Shown: positions 29,077 through 40,894, counted from the stretch's first letter. The stretch is 64,000 nt of DNA from Spirochaetaceae bacterium (GCA_051531975.1 JAOPTT010000010.1:96001-160000); one strand, 5' to 3'. The notes: generated by a model not told the origin, from the sequence alone. Made by a program: numbers and translations.

Positions 29077-29532
29077 TTATTTAGCTAATATTTTAATTAC
29101 TAATTTTTTAACCTGTGAAGGTTCTTCCTGGCTTAGTTTAGGACCATGGTATTCCCCGGGCATTACCATTGCAAAAACTCCTGGTTCTAATGGAAAATTG
29201 ATACCATCTACTAAAGTAAATAGTTTAACATCCTTTTCAGGGTTATACTCCTTAGTAACCTTTGGCTCAACTGCTGGACAGGCTCTAAAATACTCTTTAC
29301 CACTTAATACAAGCTGAATATCAATATATTTCTCATGGGTCTCACCAAAACCAACTGAGTGATCAATTGGAGCATATTCTGCATACATTACATATACATT
29401 TTCCCCATCTATATCATTTTTTCCAATAGATAGAGTTTTACTATCTAAGCTTTCTAAGAAGTCGATGGCAGTATCTATATTTTTAGATAGACCTCTGTAT
29501 TTTTTAGCATTTTCAATTTTATCGTATATCAT
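29077..29532 (-). CDS. YhcH/YjgK/YiaL (DUF386) family protein
   Basis: MIYDKI, ETHEKYIDIQ, YNPEKDV, MPGEYHGP and KKLVIKI. Confidence 0.9.
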   Translation of the reverse strand: MIYDKIENAKKYRGLSKNIDTAIDFLESLDSKTLSIGKNDIDGENVYVMYAEYAPIDHSVGFGETHEKYIDIQLVLSGKEYFRACPAVEPKVTKEYNPEKDVKLFTLVDGINFPLEPGVFAMVMPGEYHGPKLSQEEPSQVKKLVIKILAK

Positions 29533-29546
29533 TCAGATATTATAAC

Positions 29547-30341
29547 TTAAGTTAAATCCTTATTCCAGTCTTGGATACCAACTTTAACTGATCTACGCAT
29601 CTCTTTAGTAAAAGTCGCACCGGTTTTATTTAAATAGTATAATTGCCCAATATTATCTGCACCTTTTCTTTTATAGACAGTATCATCTGAAAATCGCTCT
29701 TCTTTTAACTGTTTAAACATATCTTCAAAACCATTTGAATCGATTCTTTTATAACTATTTTTAAAGTGTATATACTCTTTAGGAAACCTAGAAGTTAATT
29801 TTTTATTTCCACTACCCTCTTTTTTATATCCATAACATAACATAGCTACTGGAAATACTTTATCAGGAAGGTTAAACATCTCTCTGTGTATCTCAATGTT
29901 TTCGATTATATCCCCAATATAGCAGGAACCTATACCTAAAGCCTCAGCTGCAATAACCGTATTTTGTGCTGCAATAATTGCATCTGAACTTGCAAGGATT
30001 AGATCTGACTCCTTAGGGCCCTCAAAATCTGTTCCATTTTTTTTACATAGCTCTCTAACACCACTATGTTCAAAATAGTCGTACCACCTTTGCATATCTG
30101 CTAAAAATATTAAAACTAAAGGGGACTTAGCAATAAAAGGTTGATCATCGCAGGTTTTCACTAATTTATCTTTATCTTCCTGTTTATCAACCTCAAGTAT
30201 GGAATATAACATCATATTTCCCGCTGTTGGAGCTCTAAATGCGGACTCTAAAATAATCTCTTTATCATCATTTGAAATTGCTTTATTTAAAAATCCTCTT
30301 TCAGATTTTCTTTTCATTATTAGATCAATTGTTTCATTCAT
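29547..30341 (-). CDS. Nitroreductase (NfrA-like)
   Basis: RKSERGF, APTAGNMMLYS and AQNTVIAAEALGIGSCYIG. Confidence 0.9.
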   Translation of the reverse strand: MNETIDLIMKRKSERGFLNKAISNDDKEIILESAFRAPTAGNMMLYSILEVDKQEDKDKLVKTCDDQPFIAKSPLVLIFLADMQRWYDYFEHSGVRELCKKNGTDFEGPKESDLILASSDAIIAAQNTVIAAEALGIGSCYIGDIIENIEIHREMFNLPDKVFPVAMLCYGYKKEGSGNKKLTSRFPKEYIHFKNSYKRIDSNGFEDMFKQLKEERFSDDTVYKRKGADNIGQLYYLNKTGATFTKEMRRSVKVGIQDWNKDLT

Positions 30342-30350
30342 GTAATTATC

Positions 30351-32339
30351 CTAACTATTCATTTTTTTTAGAAGTTCTAATGCTTCAGATGCGGGTACAG
30401 GTTTTGAATAATAGAACCCCTGTATAATATCACAACCCATAGAACTAATATGTTGCATTTGTTCTTTTGTCTCTACACCTTCTGCAACAACCTTAAAACC
30501 CATTGCATGAGCCATATTCACGATTGAGGATAAAAAGACATCGGGCTCCCCAAGTTTTATAGAATTAATAAATGACTTATCTACTTTTAATGTCTGTATT
30601 GGTAATCGTCTAAGATAACTTAGAGATGAATAACCTGTACCAAAATCATCTAAAGCTATAGATACATTATGGTCAGAGATTTCATGTAAAATCCGAGTTA
30701 CTTCATCAAAATCATCGATCATTAAACTTTCAGTTATTTCAACTTCAAGATAATGGGGTAAAATACCATTTATTTTGAGAGTTTGTTTTATTTTTTCAAC
30801 AATATTGTCTTTTGCAAACTGTACTGGAGATATATTTACAGCCATTGTAATATCGTCAAATCCTGCCTGATTAAACTTACTTAGTTCCATTAGTGTTCGA
30901 TTTAACATAATTTCGCCATAATGCACTATTAAACCAGTATCTTCCATTAGTGGTATAAATTTGTTTGGAGATACAACTCCCCATTTAGGGGATATCCACC
31001 TGGCTAAGCCTTCAAAACCTATAATTCTCTCTGTTTTTACATCAATTTTAGCTTGAAAGTATGGTTGAATCTCACCAAGGTGCATTGAATCCCTTAGATC
31101 CCGTTCCATCTCAGCTCTCTCCAATACAACCTTCTTCATATCTCCATGGAATATGATAAACTGTTTTTTCCCACGCCATTTTGCTTCAGTCATAGCCGTA
31201 TCAGCATTTTTTAGTAACTCTTTATAGGTTGTACCATCTTCCGGGTATACTGTTGCTCCAATACTACAAGAGACATAGTGGGGAATTGTATCTACAACAA
31301 TATCTTTTAGAACTATGTTTTGGATTTTATTTCCTCTTTCAAGAATCTCTTTATTACTAAAATTACCCTTATACACTATTGCAAACTCATCCCCAGCCAT
31401 TCTTGCAACAAGATCTGCTCTGATTAACCTCTCATTAAGTCTTCGCCCTAATTCATAGATAATTTCATCCCCAAGAGAGTGACCTAACAGATCATTTATT
31501 TTTTTAAAATCATCTAGGTCTAAATAATAGATAACAAAACCAGACTCTTCTTCTGGAGTATCTAGGATTAAAGATGTTATATGTTTCTTAAAATTCTCTC
31601 TGTTAGGAAGGTCAGTTAGATTATCAAAATATATTAGATGTCTTATAGTTTTTTCTCTATCTATTAATAGCCTATTCTGCTCACTCAAATCGTTTTTTGC
31701 ATTAGTTAATTTAATATTTGATCTATTTATTTCAATATTTTTCTGAGATAGAGTTAACATAGAACACGCCATAAAATTTGTAATTCGCCTAATACTTACT
31801 GTAACAACTCCACCTAATAGTGCAAAGCCTGCAACTGTGGTAGCCCATGCACTTGGGTCGTAGAACAGTGTTACTATATCAAAGTCAAATTTAATGATTC
31901 CAAATACAACTAAAATAGCAATTATTAAAACATAAAAAACACTGGAGAAAAAGAATATATTAGTTATTTTTTTATTAAAAAAGAGAGGAACTAATGCACA
32001 AGCAGTGAATAGAGATAATGGACCTAGACTTAACATACCAACACTTAAAAAATCTGCTAAAGATAAGATAACAAGGGAGGATATTAATACTATTACTTTA
32101 ATATTAGTAGTTACTTTTTTTCTAAATATATAAAGTAAAATCATTAAAATAAAAAGAATAAATGTTGTTACAATAACGTAACTAAATCCAACAATTTTTA
32201 TCATAAATATAGAGCTAATAACAACAGGTGCTATAAATACCAATGTGGCTATAAGTATATCGTTAACAATTTGTTCTTTAATTTCATCTAAGTTCGTATT
32301 AAATTTGCATTCACCGTCTAGATTCTTATTTAAGTCCAC
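30351..32339 (-). CDS. Membrane GGDEF-EAL protein (c-di-GMP metabolism)
   Basis: N-terminal TM helices, AGDEF variant, FEGLARW, EITES, DDFGTGYSSL and AEGVET. Confidence 0.92.
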   Translation of the reverse strand: MDLNKNLDGECKFNTNLDEIKEQIVNDILIATLVFIAPVVISSIFMIKIVGFSYVIVTTFILFILMILLYIFRKKVTTNIKVIVLISSLVILSLADFLSVGMLSLGPLSLFTACALVPLFFNKKITNIFFFSSVFYVLIIAILVVFGIIKFDFDIVTLFYDPSAWATTVAGFALLGGVVTVSIRRITNFMACSMLTLSQKNIEINRSNIKLTNAKNDLSEQNRLLIDREKTIRHLIYFDNLTDLPNRENFKKHITSLILDTPEEESGFVIYYLDLDDFKKINDLLGHSLGDEIIYELGRRLNERLIRADLVARMAGDEFAIVYKGNFSNKEILERGNKIQNIVLKDIVVDTIPHYVSCSIGATVYPEDGTTYKELLKNADTAMTEAKWRGKKQFIIFHGDMKKVVLERAEMERDLRDSMHLGEIQPYFQAKIDVKTERIIGFEGLARWISPKWGVVSPNKFIPLMEDTGLIVHYGEIMLNRTLMELSKFNQAGFDDITMAVNISPVQFAKDNIVEKIKQTLKINGILPHYLEVEITESLMIDDFDEVTRILHEISDHNVSIALDDFGTGYSSLSYLRRLPIQTLKVDKSFINSIKLGEPDVFLSSIVNMAHAMGFKVVAEGVETKEQMQHISSMGCDIIQGFYYSKPVPASEALELLKKMNS

Positions 32340-32546
32340 AATATTGTTCCTTTTCTAAGAGTTTAGTTCAATTAAAGTATATTTCATTTAATTATGTTTG
32401 TCATCTTTTGTTATCAAAATTAAATATTCAACTTTGAATAAGATTTTAATATAAGACCATATCTATAAAGTTGTAATCATAATTATTTTGCAATTTACCA
32501 TTGAATTATATAATTACTCTATTACACTTTAAGTAGAGGTATATTT

Positions 32547-33386
32547 ATGATTATAACTTTTGAATTAGAAAATATTTCTGATTTAGATAAAAACACGATA
32601 ATTGATAAAATAAAACAAGATAAAATAGATTTTGAGACATACTTTAGCAAGATTGGGTTACAAGTAATAAATGACCCTTTTGAATATGAAATTATAATTA
32701 GAGATAAGATATTTGGATTCATTAACGAAGGTTTTATGATCCCAGAAACAAAGCAGATAATTTTTTATGGTTTAGAGGATCTAAATATAATATCCCATGA
32801 ATGGACTCACGCTGCATTTCCTAATAGTGGGTGTGAAAGACACTCAGAAGGTTTAGCTATATATATCCAGATGCAATTAGGAAAGTTTCATTTTGATGGA
32901 TTTACAAACCCATTGCAACTTGTTAACTCTTATATGTTCTCCCCTAATAAAGAAAAAGTTGAAGATTGGTTAAATTATATAAAAAACAGTCAAAATTTTT
33001 ATGATTCTAGGTGGGGCAGAATGTTAATGTCCAGGGCATTAAGCACAGAGTTTGTTAATTTTTTAATTAAAAAACATGGTATAGAGAGATACTTAACCGG
33101 TTTTTATAACAAACTCAGACATAATAGTGATTTTAACTGGTTAGAGGATTTAGAATTTGTTAATTTTTTACAATCATTACCAAAATCTTCTCCAACATTA
33201 ATGGAACCATTTTTTGAATTAAAAGCGGGATTTATTAAAAGTTATGCAAATCACTTTATCCCTAAAACAGGATCTGTATTGCAATATTTAATAGTTAATA
33301 AAAACAGAATAGATCCTAAAGAGTATAACTACTTACAAAATGTTGCTGTGGAAGATTTAAGAACTACTCTATATTTTTATTCGTAG
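32547..33386 (+). CDS. Hypothetical protein with gluzincin-like HEXXH motif
   Basis: ISHEWTH followed by SEGLA. GAGGT RBS. Confidence 0.55.
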   Translation: MIITFELENISDLDKNTIIDKIKQDKIDFETYFSKIGLQVINDPFEYEIIIRDKIFGFINEGFMIPETKQIIFYGLEDLNIISHEWTHAAFPNSGCERHSEGLAIYIQMQLGKFHFDGFTNPLQLVNSYMFSPNKEKVEDWLNYIKNSQNFYDSRWGRMLMSRALSTEFVNFLIKKHGIERYLTGFYNKLRHNSDFNWLEDLEFVNFLQSLPKSSPTLMEPFFELKAGFIKSYANHFIPKTGSVLQYLIVNKNRIDPKEYNYLQNVAVEDLRTTLYFYS

Positions 33387-34185
33387 TAAGTGGGATTGTA
33401 ATCAGATATTTAACACCATTAGTTAATGTAGTATTAAACTCAATTTTACCTTTCAATTTTTTAGTAATTATTGAATGAATAAGGTTTAGTCCTAAACCTC
33501 CACATCTATTTTTTATATCAGTATTAAAAAAAGGTTTATATAAATTATCGTGGAACTCTTTTGCTATACCTTTTCCAGAATCAGAATATAAAATTATTAG
33601 ATTATTATTTTTTTTATTAATATCTATATCTATTATTCCTGGTTCTTTTGAATTAAATCCGTGTTTTAGTGAGTTCATAATAAGATTAGTAAAAATAGTA
33701 GAATATGCACTAGGAAAGCTTAATATATTAATATCTTCTGTGTGGTTAAAAGTTATTTTATGTGGTGTATTTTTATATTCATTATGTAAAGATAAAATTA
33801 TTGAGTCACAATATTTACAAATATTAAATACACTGGCTGATTTTAAGTTCTGCCCTGCTGAGATCTCTTTAAAACTTAAAACCATCTTGGAGGCTCTATC
33901 TAGGTTATTAGTTAAGAGTTCTGTGGTATCTTCTATACAGGTTATATAATCCATTAAATCTTTTTTACCAAGTTTGTTTGATTCTAATAATCTTCTGATA
34001 TTTCGATTTTTATCGGCTAATAAAGATGTTGCTGTTATAGTAATCCCAAGTGGAGTATTTATCTCATGGGTTACTCCCGGAACTAACGCACCAATGGTTG
34101 CTAACTTCTCTTTTTCAAGAAGTCTTGCTAGAAGTGATTCTTTGTCCATATTTGTAATATTATCCAATATCAACCTCCCCACCAA
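33364..34185 (-). CDS. Sensor-less histidine kinase
   Basis: EKLATIGALVPGVTHEINTP H-box, NLIMNSLKHG, DSGKGI and GGLGL. Start is uncertain. Confidence 0.85.
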   Translation of the reverse strand: MVGRLILDNITNMDKESLLARLLEKEKLATIGALVPGVTHEINTPLGITITATSLLADKNRNIRRLLESNKLGKKDLMDYITCIEDTTELLTNNLDRASKMVLSFKEISAGQNLKSASVFNICKYCDSIILSLHNEYKNTPHKITFNHTEDINILSFPSAYSTIFTNLIMNSLKHGFNSKEPGIIDIDINKKNNNLIILYSDSGKGIAKEFHDNLYKPFFNTDIKNRCGGLGLNLIHSIITKKLKGKIEFNTTLTNGVKYLITIPLTTNKNIE

Positions 34186-34247
34186 TTAAATTATCGGTAT
34201 ATTTCTAGGGGATATCAATATAAAACAGGTAATATTGGCTTATTTGC

Positions 34248-35414
34248 TCAAATATTTACTTTTTTACTATAAATAAAATTGAGAATTGCAAGGATCATGA
34301 AAAATAAACCTATTGATAAATATATTATTGAATTCCCGTCATCTCTAGCTAAAAGTGCAAATAATGGGCCTGTAATAACAAAAGAGACCCTCATGAACAT
34401 ACTCTGAACCGATAAAACAGTGGCTCTATTTTGGCTATTTACCTCTTGGTGTATAAGGTTCCTCTCCAAAGGACCTTTTAGCCCCCGAATAATATAAAAA
34501 CTTAAAAAACCTATTATTATCCAGAACCCAGGTAAAAATATCAGACTAAAATATGAAAGGCTTAATACAAATGGTATAAATCGTAATATTTTAAGTGGTT
34601 CTTTTTTAGAAAATATTTTATGACTTAGATTTGAACAGATACCAACAACAACATTTAGTCCAGCCCATATTCCTCCAAAAAGTACAAGGGGGAACTCTCT
34701 TGACGCAAGTTCAGGTTGTATATACCAAAGTGCTAAAAATGTACCTAAACCGGAAAAAGCACCGTATGTAACTAGGTATAAAGTTTTACTATTACTAAAA
34801 GTTGACTTTATATCTTTAATAAAGTGGCTAAATGTTAGTGATGATGTCCCCTCTCTTTTTATTTTTGGTTCAATTAAGAAAAATGCTAATATAAATGCAA
34901 TTGCTTCTAATGTTCCCTCTATATAAAAATTCATCTTCATGGAATAAACGGCTATAATACCACCAATTATACTTGCTATACCTTCGGAATAACTAGCTAT
35001 GGACATATAAAGTCCTTCGGTTTTATAGTGATTTTTTTCATCTTTTAGCTCTAATAATGTATCATATAACAGAGATGAATCTGTTCCTGATAAAAAACTA
35101 GAACCTATTCCTAACAGAACCTCTGCTAAAATAAAATTCCAAAAACCAGGAGCTAAACCAAATAGATACATACCAATTGTAGAGAATAATAGGCCTACAA
35201 TAATTGTAATTTTTCTACCAATTTTATCACTAAAATATCCTGAAGGTATCTCAAATAGAAACATACTTAAGGAAAATGAAGCTTGAACAACCATAACTTG
35301 AAATAGTGATAATCCATTCTCTTGGAAAAACAGTACTATCGTTGGCATTATCATCAAAAACCATCTAAAAATCTGCATGGCAAAAAGCAGAGGTATATTT
35401 CGTGCTATTTTCAT
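34248..35414 (-). CDS. MFS transporter
   Basis: FEIPSGYFSDKIGRK, SGTDSSLLYD and RATVLS. Confidence 0.9.
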   Translation of the reverse strand: MKIARNIPLLFAMQIFRWFLMIMPTIVLFFQENGLSLFQVMVVQASFSLSMFLFEIPSGYFSDKIGRKITIIVGLLFSTIGMYLFGLAPGFWNFILAEVLLGIGSSFLSGTDSSLLYDTLLELKDEKNHYKTEGLYMSIASYSEGIASIIGGIIAVYSMKMNFYIEGTLEAIAFILAFFLIEPKIKREGTSSLTFSHFIKDIKSTFSNSKTLYLVTYGAFSGLGTFLALWYIQPELASREFPLVLFGGIWAGLNVVVGICSNLSHKIFSKKEPLKILRFIPFVLSLSYFSLIFLPGFWIIIGFLSFYIIRGLKGPLERNLIHQEVNSQNRATVLSVQSMFMRVSFVITGPLFALLARDDGNSIIYLSIGLFFMILAILNFIYSKKVNI

Positions 35415-36559
35415 GATGATATAACTTTATTCATTAACTTTTGAAACTTTCTAATAATTGGAAAGCAACCATATGGTAGTAGTTGAAGCATAAGTACAGC
35501 AGTTAGTCTGTTTTTAGGGTCTATACACAACCATGTAGTTGCCATTCCATCCCAACCCCACTCTCCTATTGGACTACCTGTTTCAGATCTTTCTAGATCT
35601 ATTAAGGTTCTAACACCTAATCCGTATCCATATCCGGCTTTCATATCGGTTTGAAATCTTTCTAAGATGTCTCCTGCAATGTGATTTTTTGACATAAACT
35701 CAACTGTAGATGAATCTAAGATTTTAATATTATTAATAGTTCCTTTGTTTAATAACAGTTCACAAAATATTGACATATCTTTTATTGTAGAATAATAGCC
35801 ACCACCAGGCATTTCAAAAAGTTCTGGAGCCATATCTACTTTGTTTAAACTTTTATCTTTCCATTCATATATTGATGAAACTCTACTCTCTTTTCCTTTA
35901 GGATCTAAAAATGTATCAACCATATTTAGAGGTTCTAAGATTCGTTCCTGTATAAATTCTGAATATTTCTGTTCACTTATAACTTCTATCAATCTACCAA
36001 TAACATCGATTGAAAAGCTATATAAATAGTCACTTCCTGGTTCAAAAGATAGGGGTAAATCTGCTATTAGATCAACAAAACTACCTAGGCTAACTTCATC
36101 CCCTGATTTCTCTTTAATTTTAAACTGTTCTCGATATAATTTATCAATTTCATTATCGTGAAAGCCATAACTTATTCCTGATGTCATAGTAAAAAGTTGA
36201 GCTATTGTAATATCAGTATCTGAATCCTTAGTTTTAAGTTCACCATCTTTATAACTAGTTATTACTTTTGGATTTTCAAAGGATGGTATATATTTTTTAA
36301 TTTTATCTTCAAGTGAAAACCGTCCCTCTTGGTATAAAATTAATGCAGCTGTTACAGTTATAACTTTAGACATTGAATAAATCCTAAAGATTGTATCATC
36401 TTTTATTGGAGCTTTTGACTCTAGATCTGAATAGCCAAAATTCTCTTGGTATAATGTTTCACCATCCTGTTTAATAATAGCGCTTATTCCAGCAATCTTT
36501 TTTTGATCAATGTACTTTTGGCACATTTTATTAATATCTATAAATTTTGTTTTATTCAC
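35411..36559 (-). CDS. Serine hydrolase, beta-lactamase family
   Basis: FRIYSMSK (SxxK), FEPGSDYLYS and WGWDG. Confidence 0.9.
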   Translation of the reverse strand: MNKTKFIDINKMCQKYIDQKKIAGISAIIKQDGETLYQENFGYSDLESKAPIKDDTIFRIYSMSKVITVTAALILYQEGRFSLEDKIKKYIPSFENPKVITSYKDGELKTKDSDTDITIAQLFTMTSGISYGFHDNEIDKLYREQFKIKEKSGDEVSLGSFVDLIADLPLSFEPGSDYLYSFSIDVIGRLIEVISEQKYSEFIQERILEPLNMVDTFLDPKGKESRVSSIYEWKDKSLNKVDMAPELFEMPGGGYYSTIKDMSIFCELLLNKGTINNIKILDSSTVEFMSKNHIAGDILERFQTDMKAGYGYGLGVRTLIDLERSETGSPIGEWGWDGMATTWLCIDPKNRLTAVLMLQLLPYGCFPIIRKFQKLMNKVISS

Positions 36560-36562
36560 TTT

Positions 36563-37687
36563 TTATCCTATAGCTTCTACGGTTTCTTTTAACTGTTTTA
36601 TTATCTTTATCTTTTGTGGGCATTTTGGTTCACACTCCCCACATTCTGTACATTCTGAAGCATTTTTACCTTTTAGCCAATCAACTTTTCCAATTTCTTT
36701 ATATTGGGATTTTGCATGTTCAGTTAATCCATATATTTTATGATGATTCATTAAACTAAAATTAAGAGGAATATTTACACCACTTGGGCAGGGCATACAG
36801 TAGTTACAACCGGTACAATAAAGATCAGCAAGCCTTTTATTCTCTTCTAAAGATTCTGATATTGCCTTTAGTTCAGTCTGTGATAGTTTATCAGTTCGAC
36901 TTGTTGTTTTTGTATTTTCATTAACCATGTCTATATTGCCCATACCGGAAAGTGCACAATCTACATTAGGATTTGATAATACAAATCGCATTGCTAATTC
37001 AGGGTTTGAAACAGTTTTATTAGGTAATAAGTCCTGAATAACCTTAGATGGAAAACCTAATCTTCCTCCACCTACAGGCCCCATAACAATAACACCCATG
37101 CCTTTTTCTTTTGCCCTAATCATACCAGCTTCGTTACTTCTATCTAGTAGATTATATTGGCATAACAGTGTTTCAAAATTACCAGTATCTATAATTTTAA
37201 GCATATTTTCTGCATCATCATGAAAACTAAAAGACAGATGTCTAATTATACCCTCTTCTTTAGCTTTTAATGCCATTTCTAGTGGTCCACCTGGAACATC
37301 TATAGACTCTGTATAAGATTTCCAGCTAATACCCCACATATGATAAAAATCTATATAATCCGTATCGAGCTTTGTTAGAGAGCTCTCTAATCGTTTCAAG
37401 AAGTCAGAACCTGATGCATTTTCTATAGGATTTTTTGTTGAAAGATATACCTTATCCCTCCGGCCCTTTAGTGCCATCCCAACTATAACTTCACTCTCTT
37501 TTTCACAATAATATGGTGCAGTATCTACATAGTTCCCACCAAGGTCTAAATAATCATTAATTAATTTAGCTCCTGCTTCATGATCAAACTGATCTTTACC
37601 ATTAACTTTAAGAGTTGGTAACCTCATAGCACCAAATCCTAATGTAGAAATATTTATTCCTGTATTTCCTAGTGGTCTATATAACAT
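36563..37687 (-). CDS. Aldo/keto reductase with C-terminal 4Fe-4S dicluster
   Basis: LGFGAMRLP, DTAPYY, CTGCNYCMPCP and CTECGECEPKCP. Confidence 0.92.
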   Translation of the reverse strand: MLYRPLGNTGINISTLGFGAMRLPTLKVNGKDQFDHEAGAKLINDYLDLGGNYVDTAPYYCEKESEVIVGMALKGRRDKVYLSTKNPIENASGSDFLKRLESSLTKLDTDYIDFYHMWGISWKSYTESIDVPGGPLEMALKAKEEGIIRHLSFSFHDDAENMLKIIDTGNFETLLCQYNLLDRSNEAGMIRAKEKGMGVIVMGPVGGGRLGFPSKVIQDLLPNKTVSNPELAMRFVLSNPNVDCALSGMGNIDMVNENTKTTSRTDKLSQTELKAISESLEENKRLADLYCTGCNYCMPCPSGVNIPLNFSLMNHHKIYGLTEHAKSQYKEIGKVDWLKGKNASECTECGECEPKCPQKIKIIKQLKETVEAIG

Positions 37688-37696
37688 CTATGCCTC

Positions 37697-38287
37697 CTAT
37701 ATTTTGTTTAGAAATTCTACTTCAGAGAAATCTTTATATAAGTTAATTTTTGAAACTGAGCCTCTGTTTAATTTAAATGTCCAAAAATGTTTTAAGTCGA
37801 GAGCAAGCAGATCTAATAAGAGAATCGAAAGTGGTCCTTTGTGTGAAACGATTATAATATTGTAACTTTTATTATCTGCTACAAGTCTGTTTATATCTGG
37901 AAAACTACTTAAAACCCTGGTTTTTAAATCAATTAAAGTTTCACCATTTGGTGGTCTATTATTTATTGGGTCATTAATCCATTTTGTATATTTTTCTGAG
38001 GATTGATTATTTATATCTGAAAAAGAGAGACCTTCCCAATCTCCAAAATCGATCTCTTCTAGACCAATAACAGGAGTTGCTTTTAACCCTATCTGTTTTG
38101 ATAGAATATCAGATGTTAATACTGATCTTTTCATTGGGGAAGTATAAAAGTAGTCTACATTTTTTATATTATCTATTTTTTTTATCTGTTCTGTTCCAAA
38201 ATCGGTTAATAATACATCGGAACCACGGCCAATGTATGTTCCATTCCCTTCACATTCACCATGTCTTATTAAATATAAATTAACCAT
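37697..38287 (-). CDS. Histidine phosphatase family protein (CobC/GpmB-like)
   Basis: LIRHGE, SPMKRS, EIDFGDWEG and VSHKG. Confidence 0.9.
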   Translation of the reverse strand: MVNLYLIRHGECEGNGTYIGRGSDVLLTDFGTEQIKKIDNIKNVDYFYTSPMKRSVLTSDILSKQIGLKATPVIGLEEIDFGDWEGLSFSDINNQSSEKYTKWINDPINNRPPNGETLIDLKTRVLSSFPDINRLVADNKSYNIIIVSHKGPLSILLLDLLALDLKHFWTFKLNRGSVSKINLYKDFSEVEFLNKI

Positions 38288-38395
38288 ATAATATTTTATC
38301 CTGTTTCCCTAAAATTGTTAAATAAAGACTAACTTCGTGGCTACATTGTATCAGGTTTTTCTTAATAGTCTTTAAAGAGTTTAAGAAATATAAAT

Positions 38396-40738
38396 TTATT
38401 CAGTTTTAAATTGTCTTATTTCTGTTTTTAAAGTTTTTGTAGTTCTATCAAGTATTTTATTATCTTCTATAACTTGATCTACAATCTCACTTATATTTTC
38501 AGATGACTGGGTTATATAACCAATAGCTGCAGAGACTTCATTTGATTTAAGGGTTGCTTGATTCATAGCTTTTTGCATTAGTTTTGATCTACCTTTCATG
38601 GAACTAGAGCTACTTTGTACTTCTTTAGCAATACGATTTAGTGTATTTAAAGCTTCTAAAATCTCCTTTCCACCATTAGCTAACTCATTTGTAGATTCTG
38701 TGATCTCTTCTAGACCACTTGAAACATCTGCTACCTCAGTATCTATTAAATTAAAACTATCTTTTACATTTCTACTATGATTAACACTTGCTTCAATTTT
38801 ATTAGAAACTTCATTTATTAAATCTGTGATTAAAGTTGTACTATTTGCTGAATTTTCTGCTAATTTTCTAATCTCGTCGGCAACAACAGCAAATCCTTTT
38901 CCATATTCCCCAGCATGAGCAGCCTCTATTGCAGCATTCATTGCTAATAAATTGGTTTCAGACGATATCTGAGTAATAATATCTGTAATACTTTTTATCT
39001 CTTCTACTTTACTAAATACAGCTTCTATTGATTCAGTGCTAAGATCTACATACTCGGCCCCATTCTTAGTATTTTGGGCTAGAGACATTACGGCTCTATT
39101 TTTATCTGCAGTAATACTAGAAACACTGTTTATTGACTCTACCATAATATCAATCGCCGAGGATGATTGTTCTATTGCAACACTCTCGTTTATGACTGTT
39201 CTATCTAGAATATTTATATTATTTATAATTTCGCTGATATCCAAATCTGCTCTTAGAATATTATCGTTTAGAGCTTCGATGTTTCCTGTTATATCTATAA
39301 TTTTACTGTTTATATCTGAGGCTTCCGAGGACATACTCTCTGTATGAACAATTAAATCTTCTTTTACATTTTCAGTTTCAATACTAGCGTTTCTAATATT
39401 AACAACTATTTTTATAAGTTTACCTACAAAATTATTAAACTGTTTTGATAAAAAACCAACCTCATCATTAGTCCTGGTACTTAGTCTTTTAGTAAGATCC
39501 CCTTCTCCTTTGGACATCTCTTCTAATAATTTACCTGCGTTATCTAATGGCTTAACTAAATTCCCAACATAGAGTGAAGTAATAATAATTAAAATTATAC
39601 TTAGAATAATAGCAATTATAAGAGTTAAACCATTTAGTAGAGCTAAATTCTCCTCAACCTTTAGTGTTCTTTCTTCAACAAGTTTTTCTATGTCGTCAAT
39701 ATAAAATCCAGTACCAATAATCCAGCCCCACTCTTTAATTCCTTCAACAAAGGATAACTTATGAACCTCAGGGCCACCTGGAGTTTTGGGCCATAGATAC
39801 TCTACATATCCCTTTTGATCTTTATTAACAACTTGAACCATTGTTTTAAATATATTTTCATCTGTTCCTATAGTTTTGTTATATTTGGCATCGTCGAGCT
39901 TCTTTCCATCAAGAGTTGGAGATACAGGGTGCATTACCATATTTGGAATAGGAGTTTGCATATCGTTTACCCAAAAATATCCTACCCCATCGCTATACTT
40001 CATTGATTTTATTATATCTAAAGCTTCCTGTTTTGCTTCTTTAATTGCATCATCAATATAGATACCAGAACCTATAACCCAATCAAACTCAGGAATCAAT
40101 TTAACATATGAAAGTTTAGGTACACCTTCTTCTAAACCTGTAGGTGTAGGTTTTGACCAAACATAGTCTACAAATCCTTCCCCATCTTTTAAAGCAACTT
40201 CAACAAAAGCTTGAAATAAATTCTGGTTTTTACCTAGTGCTACCTCATATTTTTTATTATCTAAAACCTGGTTATTTAGTGTTGGGGATATTGGATGCAT
40301 TACCATTTTAGGATATGGAAGTCCAGTATCGTTAATCCATATATAACCACTATTATTATCAAATCGAATAGTTTCAATATCAGCTGCGGCTTGCCTTTTA
40401 GCCTGGTCTAAACTAAGTCTGCCACTTTTATACAGATCTACCTTTGTTCTAATAATAGATTCTGATGCATCAATTATATTTTTTAGTTCTTTCCCATATT
40501 TTTCAATAAGTTTATTATTATCTGTTGAGGCAAATATTTTCTCATGAATTGTTTGAGTTGCTATATCTGTGTAGTTTTTAAGGGCAGACTCAGCTTTTTT
40601 ATATTCAGCCTCTCGAATCTCAGCTATATCTATACGATTAACTCTGTCTAGATCTATATTAACGACTAAAAGAACTGACCCACCCATAGCTACAATTACT
40701 GAAATTACTAATAATTTAATTTTCAAACTTATCTTCAT
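38396..40738 (-). CDS. Methyl-accepting chemotaxis protein with tandem Cache domains
   Basis: Two repeated GY[I/F]W.ND...MVMHP..PTL...Y.W.K...KLS[Y/F]V units, HAMP and [35 protein letters not shown]. Confidence 0.95.
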   Translation of the reverse strand: MKISLKIKLLVISVIVAMGGSVLLVVNIDLDRVNRIDIAEIREAEYKKAESALKNYTDIATQTIHEKIFASTDNNKLIEKYGKELKNIIDASESIIRTKVDLYKSGRLSLDQAKRQAAADIETIRFDNNSGYIWINDTGLPYPKMVMHPISPTLNNQVLDNKKYEVALGKNQNLFQAFVEVALKDGEGFVDYVWSKPTPTGLEEGVPKLSYVKLIPEFDWVIGSGIYIDDAIKEAKQEALDIIKSMKYSDGVGYFWVNDMQTPIPNMVMHPVSPTLDGKKLDDAKYNKTIGTDENIFKTMVQVVNKDQKGYVEYLWPKTPGGPEVHKLSFVEGIKEWGWIIGTGFYIDDIEKLVEERTLKVEENLALLNGLTLIIAIILSIILIIITSLYVGNLVKPLDNAGKLLEEMSKGEGDLTKRLSTRTNDEVGFLSKQFNNFVGKLIKIVVNIRNASIETENVKEDLIVHTESMSSEASDINSKIIDITGNIEALNDNILRADLDISEIINNINILDRTVINESVAIEQSSSAIDIMVESINSVSSITADKNRAVMSLAQNTKNGAEYVDLSTESIEAVFSKVEEIKSITDIITQISSETNLLAMNAAIEAAHAGEYGKGFAVVADEIRKLAENSANSTTLITDLINEVSNKIEASVNHSRNVKDSFNLIDTEVADVSSGLEEITESTNELANGGKEILEALNTLNRIAKEVQSSSSSMKGRSKLMQKAMNQATLKSNEVSAAIGYITQSSENISEIVDQVIEDNKILDRTTKTLKTEIRQFKTE

Positions 40739-40813
40739 ACCTACATTATCGTACGGAAATACGTATTTGTTAATAAAATTCTATTTAAAACCATATTCAA
40801 TTTACTTATAAAC

Positions 40814-40861
40814 TTGACACTTTATTTATACCTGATACCATTAAAGGTGAGTCGTGACTCA
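40814..40861 (+). promoter_or_regulatory. Promoter plus palindromic operator (candidate TetR site)
   Basis: TTGACA at 40814-40819, extended -10 TGaTACCAT at 40833-40841 and inverted repeat TGAGTC-gt-GACTCA at 40848-40861. Confidence 0.65.
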
Positions 40862-40894
40862 TTATTAATAAAATTTTCAATTTAAGGTCGTAAT

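Noticed and set aside
35411..36559. True beta-lactamase resistance gene
   Set aside because: There is no signal peptide and the motifs fit cytoplasmic esterase-type serine hydrolases.
37697..38287. cobC supplying B12 for the RiPP methyltransferase
   Set aside because: Only generic histidine phosphatase motifs are present, there are no other cob genes, and it is 25 kb away.
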